This document shows, piece after piece, positions 1 to 14,164 of a stretch of 64,000 nucleotides of DNA. The notes beneath the pieces are model-generated. The model was not told the origin of the DNA and made no database searches. It worked only from the letters and a program-made list of their open reading frames with translations. The stretch is taken from the NCBI RefSeq assembly GCF_009914755.1, contig NC_060926.1; one strand, given 5' to 3'. The translations under genes and the position numbers were made by a program. Position 1 is the first letter of the stretch. Each line of letters begins with the position of its first letter. This stretch comes from the human T2T-CHM13v2.0 reference genome, Homo sapiens.

Positions 1-515
1 TTCTCCTCTTCTGGATATTAGGAACAATATTACACGGGGGTGTACGCTTCCTTCGATATTGAGAGTCACATCAGGCTCTCCCACCCCTGGATATTAGGAA
101 CAACAGCCCAGCGTGGGTGTACACCTCCTGCTATATGGGGAGTAATATCATCCTCTCCCTTCCTGGATATTAGGAACGATATACAGGGTGGGTGTACACA
201 GTCTGCGATATTGGGAGTCATATCACCCCCCGCTCCGGATATTAGGAACAATCTCACAGAAGGTGTGTACACTCCTTGCGATATTAGGAGTAACATCGTT
301 CTCTTCTTCCGTGAATATTAGGAGCAATATCATTGAGTAGATGCACACCCAATGCTATATTGGGAGAAATGTCATACTCCACTTTCTGGATATTGGGAGC
401 AATATCACAGAGAGTGCAACTGCTGTGATATTGAAAGTAATACCATTTTCTCCCTCCCTGGATGTTTGGAAAAATATCACAGGTGGGTGTACACCCCCTG
501 TGGTATTAGGATAAC
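1..515 (-). repeat. SATR1/SATR2-type satellite, left arm (~75-bp units, opposite orientation to 865-3675; continues beyond the window edge)
   Basis: Units such as ctggatattaggaacaatattacacgggggtgtac are the reverse complement of the units at 865-3675; sequence matches the recalled primate SATR1/SATR2 monomer. Confidence 0.85.
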
Positions 516-864
516 ATTAATATTAATAAATTATATTAATCATTAATATTATTTTTATATTTATTGATATTAATTATTAACATTAATATTACTCCCAGAA
601 CCTCATGGGGTGTACATTCTCACTGTGATATTGGCATATTATTAATATTAATAATTATTATTAATCCTAATGTTTATTAATATTTGTTAACATTAGTGTT
701 GATATTAATTTTAATTACTGATATTATTGTTTTAGTTTTAATATTGTCATTATTAATAACAAGCGTTATTGTTTATTAACATTATTATTGTTTAATATTA
801 ATCATTAATATTGATAATCACTATTAGTTGTTACTAATATTAATAATAATTATTAATAATTTTA
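516..864. repeat. AT-rich low-complexity spacer of attaatattaat-like palindromic motifs, containing one isolated satellite monomer (~586-633)
   Basis: Almost pure A/T with recurrent self-complementary taatatta/attaat motifs; the monomer attactcccag...ggggtgtacattctcactgtgatattgg lies within it. Confidence 0.85.
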
Positions 865-3745
865 ATATTTGGGGTTGAGAGGGTGGTAATACTCCTAATA
901 TTGCAGAAGGTGTACACCCCAATTTGATGTTGTTTCTAGTAGACAAGAGGTAGAAGATGACATTACTCCAAATGTCGCAGTGGGTGTACATCGCTTATGT
1001 GATCTTTTTCCTATTATCCAGGATGGGAGAGGATGATATTACTCCCAATATCGCAGGGGGCTTACACCTTCCCTGTGATATAGTCTCTAATATCCAAAGG
1101 TGAAGAGGATGATATTTCTCCTAATTTCGCAGGGGGTGTACACCACCCCTGTGATATTGTTTTTCATATCCAGGGGATGAGAGGATATTACTCTCAATAT
1201 TGCAGGAGGTCTACACTCCCCAGTGATATTGTTCCTAATATCTAGGGAGGGAGAGGATGATACTACTCCCAATATCGCAGGGGAGTACACCCACCCAGTG
1301 ATATTGTTCTTAATATCCAGGAAGGGAGAGGATATTACTTCTGATACTGAAGAGATTGTACACTCCCCCTGTGATATTGTTCCTAATATCCAGGGGGATG
1401 TGGATAACATTTTGCCCAACATCGCAGGGTGTGTACACCCCCCGCTGTGATATTGTTCCTAATATCTAAAAGTAGTGAGGGTGATATTACTCCTACTATC
1501 GCAAGGGTTGTACACCTCCCTTATGATAATGTTCTTAATATATAGGCGGGAAGACAACAATATTACTGTCCATATCACAGGGGTGGACAACACCCCTCTG
1601 ATATTGTTTTTAATATTCAGTGGGGGAGAGGATGACATTAATTCCAATATCACAGGCGACACACCCCCGTGGTATTGTTCCTAATATCCAGGGGAAGAGA
1701 GAATGATATGACTTACAATATGGCAGGGGGTGTACACCACCTCCATGATATTGTTCCTAATATCCAGGGGGGAAGAGTATGATATTACTACCAGTATCAC
1801 AGGGGGTATACACATATACAGGGAAGGAGAGGATGATATTACTCCCAATATTGTAGGGGGTGTACATACTCCCCTGTGATATTGTTTCTAATATTTAGGT
1901 GGGGAGAGGATAATATTACTCCCAATATCGCAGAGGGTGTACACCCTTCCTGGGATATTTTTCCTAATATCAAGTGGGGGAGAAGATGATATTACTCCCA
2001 ATATCGCAGGGGGTGTACACCCCCCTGTTATTTTGTTTTTAATATCCAGGTTGGGAGAGGATGATATTACTCCCGAAATCGTAGGGATTGTAGACCCATC
2101 CTGTGATATTGTTCCGAATATCAAGAGAAAGAGGATGGTATTACTCCCAACAGAGTAAGCTGTGTACACACCCCCTGTGATATTGTTCCTAATATACATG
2201 AGGGGAGAGGGTGATATGGCTCTCAGTAGCTCAGGGGATGTACACCACTGCTGTTTTATTATTCCTTGTATTCCAGGGCTGGAGAAAATAATATTACTCC
2301 CAATATTACAGAGAGTGTATACCACCCTTGTGATATTGTTCCTCATATCCAGGGGTTAGAGGATGATGTTGCTCAAAATATCGCAGTGGGTGTACACCCC
2401 CACTGTGGTATTGTTTCTAATATCCAGTGGGGGAGAGGATGATATTACTGTCAATATGGCAGGGGGTGTACACCGCTTCTGTGATATTGTTCCTAATATT
2501 TCATGGTCGAGAGGATGATATTACTTCCAATATCACAGGGCGTGTATGCCCCCCTCGTGATATTGTTCCTAATATCCTGGGGGGGGAGACCATGATATTA
2601 CTGGCAATATGCAAGTGGTGTGCACCTCCCCCTGATATTGGTCCTAATATCCAGCAAGGGAGAAAATAATACTACTCTCAATATGGCAGGGGGTGTACAC
2701 TTCCCATGCGATATTGTTCCTAATATCCACGGTGGGAAAGGATGATATTACTCCCAATGTCGCAGCGGGTGTACAACTCCCCTGTAATATTGTTTCTAAT
2801 ATTTAAGTGGGGAGAGGATGATATTACTCCCAGAATCTCAGGGGGTGTAAACCGCCCCTATTATATTGCTCTCAATATCCATGGGGGGAGAGCATGATAT
2901 TACTCCCAATATCGCAGGTGGTGTATAACCCTCTTGTTATATTGTTCCTAATATCCAGGTTGAAAGAGGATGATATCACTCAAAAAATCACAGGGAGTGT
3001 ACACCCCTGCCTGTGATATTGTTCCTAATACCCCGGGAAAGAGGGGATGATATTACTCCCAAAAGCGCAGGACGTGTACACCACCTTTGTGATATTGTTC
3101 CTAATATCCATGGGGGGAGAGGGTGATATTACTCCCAATAGCGCAGAAGGTGTACACCCTCTCTGTGATATTGTTCCTAATTGTCAGGGGGCAAAAGTAT
3201 GATATTACTCCCAATATCACAGGGGGTATACAACCCCACATGACATTGTTCCTAATGTCCAGCGGGGGAGTGGATGTTATTAATATGCATAATCGTAGGA
3301 AGCGTACACCATCCCCTGTGAAATTGTTGCTAATATCCAGCAGGGAAGAGAATGATATTACTCCCAATATTCCAGTGGTGTACACCCCACCTGTGATATT
3401 GTTTCTTATATCCATGGGGGAAAAGGATGATATCACTACCAATATCGAAGCGGGTGTACACTCCCTCTGTGATATCCGGGTTGGGAGAGGATGATATAAC
3501 ACCCAATATCAGAGGTGATAAACACCCTCCTTGTGATACTGTTTTTAATATCCAGGGGGTGAGACAATGATATTACTCCCAATATTGCAGGTGGTGTACA
3601 CCCCTCCCCACCCCGTGATATTGTTCCTCATATTCAGGGGACGAGAGGATATATTACTCCCAATACCGCAGGGGATACGGGGAATAATATCACCCCCCTC
3701 TCCCTCCCTGGATATTATGATCCACGATGGACACACGGTGTTTTT
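865..3745 (+). repeat. SATR1/SATR2-type satellite, right arm (~37 diverged 75-bp units) with a terminal inverted partial unit
   Basis: atgatattactccc recurs at 1986 and 2061 (75-bp period); ORF translations show a 25-aa period (ILFLIS...PNIAGGVHPP); orientation flips at ~3676-3720. Confidence 0.9.
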
Positions 3746-4154
3746 ATATGCTAGCTCATCCAAAAAAGTACACAAGAACTTAATTTGAATGTGTGTAGAT
3801 GATGTGTTTAATTTTGTTTTGAATTTTTCTTTCACAATAGAGTAGATTTTCAACAAATCCTAGTGTTCTTTTTACAAAGAAGATCTATATTTCAGGGTTT
3901 TGCAGTCTCTTCAAGACTAGTTTATTTTTACATAAACGAAAGACCCCCAAAATGTGAGCTTTAAGGATCAAAGATTCTCTAAATTGAGTGGCTCAGTTGA
4001 ACTGTAGATGGCTCTGGATTATAGCTTAGAGAGACCTTTGTTCCCAAAGCAACAAAAGGCCTTTCGTATTTATTAGAGTTATTTGGTAAAGTGCAAAAGA
4101 ATAATATAATTAATATTAATTACCAAACCTGACCTTATATATGTTCACTTTATG

Positions 4155-4159
<5 letters not shown>

Positions 4160-4197
<38 letters not shown>
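4160..4197. repeat. (CA)n microsatellite
   Basis: About 18 perfect CA units. Confidence 0.98.
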
Positions 4198-4198
<1 letters not shown>

Positions 4199-4394
4199 AT
4201 AGACAAAAGAACAAAAGTCTTTAAGTATTAATAATTCAACTTATTTTCCATATTGGATATTTTGTATTGGTGAAAATAAAATTAATTATATAGGATTGCC
4301 ATTTAATTGAAAAAATATGAACCTTGAACTCACTTTGGTTTGGAAACTCTGTTCTGTTTTTACATTTTTGGTATGATTTAAGGCAAAGAGCCTA

Positions 4395-4535
4395 CATTTT
4401 CTGAGCATGTATTTCTTGTCTGTAAAATGGAAGTGATAATCACGACCTATTAGTGTAGTCATGAGGAATAAGTAAAATCACAAATGTAAAGCATTGAGTC
4501 CTCTATTTGATATATAGGAACTGCTCAATAAACAG
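4395..4535 (+). mobile_element. MIR SINE fragment
   Basis: Core motif tttcttgtctgtaaaatgg...gataat and 3' gctcaataaa resemble the MIR consensus. Confidence 0.7.
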
Positions 4536-6914
4536 TAATTATATCAATGGGGTGATTTAATAATGTTTTCTTTCATTATTATCCTCTCCTAGGGAAAGCA
4601 ATCTTGAACCTTGGGACAGCAATCTTGAACGTTGTTCCTGTTACAATCACACTTTTAAGGTTACACAGACAGCACACAAACAGCTGCTTCGTGCCTGTAA
4701 TATCAGTTCCAACCCACTGGGCTTTTCAAAGAAATTGCTTTTATAAGCTAAACATGAGAGAAATAAATTTTCCCATCTTGATAACTCTGTTGGGGGTCTT
4801 ATGACTTTGCTTCTTTTTTGTATTATACCATTTAGAATATTAAGGTCACTAAAAATCACTTCTTTTAGAGATACTATGACTTTCTATAACTGAATATTCC
4901 ATTCTTCATGTAAAAATGAGTTGTAATAAAAGCTTTATTCTAATCATTTCAGTAGCACTGAGTATAGGGAAGTTCATCTAATGATATTTTATAATTATGA
5001 TTCTCTAGGAAAAACATTCTGTACTACAACAAAACCATAAAGCTGGAAGTATTTTACCCTGTATATACGTGGGATATCAAAAAACTGTTGGCTATGTGAC
5101 AAAACCTTATATGATGCCGCAAAGATTATAAACAACTTATTTCTAACAATTTTCCTGCAAGTTGTGCCTAAAAATAAACACATGAGTACATTTTGGAAAT
5201 GTTAGAAGTATATAATATCTGCCCTATTTTATAACATGTTTCCAGAATTTAATAATATTAGGACAGAGGGAGAAATGTGCTGGAGGAGAGAAAGTGGGAG
5301 GTAATTTTTAAATATTTGCTCTAATATGTAAGAGACATGTTCATTGCCACCTTAATACTAATCAGTATACAAAAGGCAGCAGAACTGCAATGCACACTTG
5401 CAAACTATTGCAAACTTGAGCAATATTTCAGCAAAATAAATTTAGTTATTAAATACAAATACAGAATTACTAAATCAGATATAGACTTTTGTACAAGTGT
5501 GAGCTTGCACTAAAGGAAGAATAAAATGTTTTGTTTTATATTTCCTTTTTAAAAAATTTAGGTTTTTACTGTTTACTTTTAATATCAGACTCTGTATAAA
5601 CTTATTTTATCCTTATAGCTGGAATTAAAGACCCAACTAGTGAGTTCACTATTAAATATTTTCCTATGACACCAGCAGAGGACAGCAGAACATAGACATT
5701 AATGCTAACCCCTAAACCTATTTTCTTTTATGTCAAGAGCAAAGTTGGAAAATGGCATACAATCTGATTTCGCTTAAGTGGGATGTATGTAGCAGATGAC
5801 AGTTCTTTTTACAGGATGTTTATGATTAAATAGAAATAGTCTTGGAATCTCAAAAGACTAGATAACTCTGTCAATACAAACTGAGCAGCCGCCACTACCT
5901 TATTTTATGTTCTTTGAATTTATAAATGAAAAGGTCACTCAAGTTGTTTTTCAATGAATGTATGGCCTATTGAGTAAATAATCTATGATTTAAATTGACT
6001 AGATTAAGAAAGGTAGGAGAGAAAGACAGACATGAGAGTTGTGAATAGAGCAATATAAGCCTTGCCTTTTTTTTAAGGGCTTCTCTGCTCTTACTCAATG
6101 TCCTATGCCTTCATCTTTCTGCCTCTCGCAGACATTAACCAATGTAATATCCATCATTCTGCCTTTCTAGAAAAGTTAAATTGGGACAATCCCAACACAT
6201 TCTAGAATTCTTCAGGTGAAGATGTATGACTTTGCTCCTTAAGAACAAAAGAATCAATCAGTTAAGTATAATCAGCAAACTTTGTAGTATTGTTTTAATG
6301 GAAAAAGAAGTTCATTAACACATTGATTATTTTGTGTTATAAGCAATTTACTAGCTATTTCTCCCTCTCTAACTGAGATAATATGTTCATTATCTGAAGG
6401 AATTTTATTTACTATTTAAAATAAGTATTGAAAAAGCTAATGGCCATAGGGAATGAAACTATTTTCTCCTGTTATTGGTATCAACAGGGACATCTAGTTT
6501 TTAGAGCTGAGAAGAAAGTGAAAATATACCTAGGTGTATTCTCTTCTTTTAATCCACTCATCAAACCACTGAGGGTAACAAAAAGTATGGTTATAATTAT
6601 TTTGCGAATGGAGACTTTCTTTTAAGCTCTTCAGCTCGTGGGAAGTCCTCATGTCTGCTGGGGAATTTTGGAGACAAAGAACTACAGGATGTTTTTCTCT
6701 TCAACAATAGTTTCTATTAACCTGATGTTTGGCACAGAGGGCTGTAATTATGATCCCACTGATATCAGCCACCCATCAAAAATAAAGGAAAGATCTTTTG
6801 GCTCAAGCAACAAAAGGCTGAAGACGGAGGTTTTTGTACCTGATGATGTAACTGTGCAAGAATTGTGAGAAAGTATGTTGATATTGTGCTGTCCTCCTAG
6901 CTGTCTATTTGTGA

Positions 6915-7030
6915 TGTTACTCAACTCAGCAATACCTAGTAAGTATGTACTATGGTCCTAGTAATGCATTAGGGATTTCAGGTATACAGGCATTAGACAA
7001 GTCACCTGCCCTTCAGAAGCCTTGTGGAGA
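6915..7030 (-). mobile_element. LINE-2 3' end fragment
   Basis: actcaactcagcaatacctagtaagtatgtactatg...cctgcccttcagaagc resembles the L2 3' terminus in reverse orientation. Confidence 0.5.
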
Positions 7031-7229
7031 GGAGGTTTCCACTGACAAAAATACAATTTAAATGCTAACTTGAAGTGACTCCTGTCAGAAAGGAAGTGTG
7101 ATTTAGACATTAAATGATTCTGCTTGATGCCTAGAAGAGGAAAGAAAATTCCTCAGGCATAGAAACACATAAGATAGTATTCTACCTTGTCGCCTGTTGT
7201 AATTTACATATCTTAAGCTGGTTAAATAC

Positions 7230-7390
7230 AAATACTCATCACTTTATACACATTCTGGCATTCTGATGAGTAGGCTCTTCTACTTTTCTCATTTTGTAAA
7301 TAAGGCAATCAGAATGTTTTCAGATTAAGTGATTAGTCTAGGGCCAAAAGTGTTAAGAGTTAGGAACAGTGTTTGAATATATACTCTTTG
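7230..7390 (-). mobile_element. MIR SINE fragment
   Basis: ctcattttgtaaataagg...gattaagtgattagtctagggcc matches the reverse MIR core. Confidence 0.55.
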
Positions 7391-7828
7391 AACTTTTTGT
7401 GTCTTGTTGAGCACAGAGTTATGGGAACCACTTCACAAACCTTCAATAATTACTATAGTAGTGGTTTTATTAAATATCCACTAAGATAAAAAATTATTTC
7501 TGCTAATTTAAAAAATCTTTCCTATTTAGGATGAGATGTTAGAGAACACCCAGAGAATAACAAAAGCAGACTAGGTTCTCCATGAACTACAACCATGCTG
7601 AAATAACACGAAGTAAGTAACTATCAAATTTGAAACTGAATGATTCCAAGCAACGCATCTTTGCAGTAAGTATTCATCATCAATGCTAAAACTATATCAG
7701 TGCTGCCAGTTTTTACCCTGTGAATCTGGAAGCTTTTCCAGGACAGACATAATGCCTTATAAAACCCTTAGTACCCTATACAATGTGATTATCTGCTAAT
7801 AGGAAAGGGTTAACTTATCTAACTGATC

Positions 7829-8136
7829 ATCTACAGGCTGGCCTCCCAGAAAAGGAGCTGGCCTCCTTGCAAAATTCCATGAAACTGGCTACGGCTGGTG
7901 CTTAGGGCAATTAACCAAGGTCAAGGGCTGTTACTTCACCACATATGATTGGTAATGTGCTTAATTTCTCCTCTACCTGCCACAATATAAAACTGCAACC
8001 ACAAAATTAGGACCCAACCCCTGATCCCCCCATAGCTGAGCTGGCAGGACAGAACTAGAGCCAAAATTCTGTCACTTCATAGTGATATTGTAGCATGGTC
8101 CTTGAGCAAAGTGGGAGAGGGGTCATTGATTTTTCT
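7829..8136 (+). pseudogene. Copy A of an ancient duplicated segment; candidate Gypsy (sushi-ichi/RTL-like) pol relic, interrupted by the L1PA3 and continuing at 14186-~14440
   Basis: Colinear similarity to 24896-25230 (8035-8065 vs 25105-25135, 26/31 identical); joined across the L1 it reads RGH*FF*SFTLKTLQCETVGV, resembling an integrase core segment. Confidence 0.45.
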
Positions 8137-8358
8137 TTCTTTTTTTTTTTATTATTATACTTTAAGTTTTAGGGTACATGTGCACAATGTGCAAGTTAGT
8201 TACATATGTATACATGTGCCATGCTGGTGCGCTGCACCCACTAACTCATCATCTAGCATTAGGTATATCTCCCAATGCTATCCGACCCCCCTCCCCCTAC
8301 CCCACAACAGTCCCCAGAGTGGGATGTTCTCCTTCCTGTATCCATGTGTTCTCATTGT

Positions 8359-12201
<3,843 letters not shown>

Positions 12202-12249
12202 TTATTTTGCTCATTAGTTGATGCAGTTCCTTCCTAGTCTCGATGGTCT

Positions 12250-13266
12250 TTACATTTTGGCATGATTTTGCAGTGGCTGGTACCGGTTGTTCCTTTCCAT
12301 GTTTAGCGCTTCCTTCTGGAGGTCTTTTAGGGCAGGCCTGGTGGTGACAAAATCTCTCAGCATTTGCTTGTCTGTAAAGTATTTTATTTCTCCTTCACTT
12401 ATGAAGCTTAGTTTGGCTGGATGTGAAATTCTGGGTTGAAAATGCTTTTCTTTAAGAATGTTGAATATTGGCCCCCACTCTCTTCTGGCTTGTAGAGTTT
12501 CTGCTGAGAGTTCAGCTGTTAATCTGATGGGCTTCCGTTTGTGGGTAACCTGACCTTTCTCTCTGGCTGCCCTTAACATTTTCTCCTTCATTTCAACTTT
12601 GGTGAATCTGACAATTATGTGTCTTGGAGTTGCTCTTCTTGAGGAGTATCTTTGTGGTGTTCTCTGTGTTTCCTGAATGTGAATGTTGGCCTGCCTTGCT
12701 AGATTGGGGAAGTTCTCCTGGATAATATCCTGCAGAGTGTTTTCCAGTTTGACTCCATTCTCCCTGTCACTTTCAGGTACACCAATCAGACGTAGATTTG
12801 GTCTTTTCACATAGTCCCATATTTCTTGGAGGCTTTGCTCGTTTCTTTTTATTCTTTTTTCTCTAAACTTCCCTTCTCGCTTCATTTCATTCATTTCATC
12901 TTCCATTGCTGATACCCTTTCTTCCAGTTGATCGCATCGGCTCCTGAGGCTTCTGCATTCTTCACATAGTTCTCGAGCCTTGGTTTTCAGCTCCATCAGC
13001 TCCTTTAAGCACTTCTCTGTATTGGTTATTCTAGTTATACATTCTTCTAAATTTGTTTCAAAGTTTTCAACTTCTTTGCCTTTGGTTTGAATGTCCTCCC
13101 ATAGCTCGGAGTAATTTGATCGTCTGAAGCCTTCTTCTCTCAGCTCGTCAAAGTCATTCTCCATCCAGCTTTTTTCCATTGCTGGTGAGGAACTGCGTTC
13201 CTTTGGAGGAGGAGAGGTGCTCTGCTTTTTAGAGTTTCCAGTTTTTCTGCTCTGTTTTTTCCCCAT
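12250..13266 (-). CDS. ORF1: L1 ORF1p RNA-binding protein, uninterrupted 338 aa
   Basis: Canonical length; coiled coil, REKG and ARR motifs present; YPAKLS reads HPAKLS. Confidence 0.95.
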   Translation of the reverse strand: MGKKQSRKTGNSKKQSTSPPPKERSSSPAMEKSWMENDFDELREEGFRRSNYSELWEDIQTKGKEVENFETNLEECITRITNTEKCLKELMELKTKARELCEECRSLRSRCDQLEERVSAMEDEMNEMKREGKFREKRIKRNEQSLQEIWDYVKRPNLRLIGVPESDRENGVKLENTLQDIIQENFPNLARQANIHIQETQRTPQRYSSRRATPRHIIVRFTKVEMKEKMLRAAREKGQVTHKRKPIRLTAELSAETLQARREWGPIFNILKEKHFQPRISHPAKLSFISEGEIKYFTDKQMLRDFVTTRPALKDLQKEALNMERNNRYQPLQNHAKM

Positions 13267-14160
13267 CTTTGTGGATTTATCTACTTTTGGTCTTTGATGA
13301 TGGTGATGTACACATGGGTTTTTGGTGTGGATGTCCTTTCTGTTTTTTAGTTTTCCTTCTAACAGACAGGACCCTCAGCTGCAGGTCTGTTGGAGTACCC
13401 GGCCGTGTGACGTGTCAGTCTGCCCCTGCTGGGGGTTGCCTCCCAGTTAGGCTGCTCGGGGGTCAGGGGTCAGGGACCCACTTGAGGAGGCAGTCTGCCC
13501 GTTCTCAGATCTCCAGCTGCATGCTGGGAGAACCACTGCTCTCTTTGAAGCTGTCAGACGGGGACATTTAAGTCTGCAGAGGTTACTGCTGTCTTTTGTT
13601 TGTCTGTGCCCTGCCCCCAGAGGTGGAGCCTACAGAGGCAGGCAGACCTCCTTGAGCTGTGGTGGGCTCCACCCAGTTGGAGCTTCCTGGCTGCTTTGTT
13701 TACCTAAGCAAGCCTGGGCAATGGCGGGCACCCCTCCCCCAGCCTCACTGCCAACTTGCAGTTTGATCTCAGACTGCTGTGCTAGCAATCAGCGAGACTC
13801 CGTGGGCGTAGGACCCTCTGAGCCAGGCGCGGGATATAATCTACTGGTGTGCCATTTTTTAAGCCCTTCAGAAAAGCGCAGTATTCAGGTGGGAGTGACC
13901 CGATTTTCCAGGTGCCGTCTGTCACCCCTTTCTTTGACTAGGAAAGGGAACTCCCTGACCCTTTGCGCTTCCCAGGTGAGGCAATGCCTCGCCCTGCTTT
14001 GGCTCATGCACGGTGCACGCACCCACTGGCCTGCGCCCACTGTCTGGCACTCCCTAGTGAGATTAACCCAGTACCTCAGATGGAAATGCAGAAATCACCC
14101 GTCTTCTGCATCGCTCATGCTGGGAGCTGTAGACCGGAGCTGTTCCTATTTGGCCATGTT
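13267..14160 (-). promoter_or_regulatory. L1 5'UTR with internal sense promoter and antisense promoter
   Basis: GC-rich L1PA 5'UTR ending ...gctgttcctatttggccat on +; promoter activity is family knowledge, not shown for this copy. Confidence 0.8.
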
Positions 14161-14164
14161 ATGA
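13721..14164 (+). CDS. ORF0: L1 antisense ORF0-like frame, 147 aa
   Basis: ATG in strong context (gcaATGG) and N-terminus MAGTPPPASLPTCSLISDCCASNQRDSVGVGPSEPG match primate ORF0; expression unknown. Confidence 0.6.
   Translation: MAGTPPPASLPTCSLISDCCASNQRDSVGVGPSEPGAGYNLLVCHFLSPSEKRSIQVGVTRFSRCRLSPLSLTRKGNSLTLCASQVRQCLALLWLMHGARTHWPAPTVWHSLVRLTQYLRWKCRNHPSSASLMLGAVDRSCSYLAML

Noticed and set aside
865-3720. CRISPR-like array of palindromic repeats
   Set aside because: The intervening sequences are diverged copies of one monomer, not unique spacers; there are no cas genes and the DNA is primate.
3734-3770. RSS-like heptamer CACGGTG with a downstream A-run
   Set aside because: The spacer is neither 12 nor 23 nt and the nonamer match is poor.
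40-3856. Many 60-150 aa ORFs with a 25-aa repeat
   Set aside because: An artefact of the 75-bp period; they occur on both strands and in several frames with frequent shifts.
4597-4630. Direct repeat agcaatcttgaac (21-bp period)
   Set aside because: An ordinary small tandem duplication with no other structure.
6428-6868. Short ORFs of 65 and 76 aa in unique DNA
   Set aside because: Non-ATG starts, no recognisable motif, and length expected by chance.
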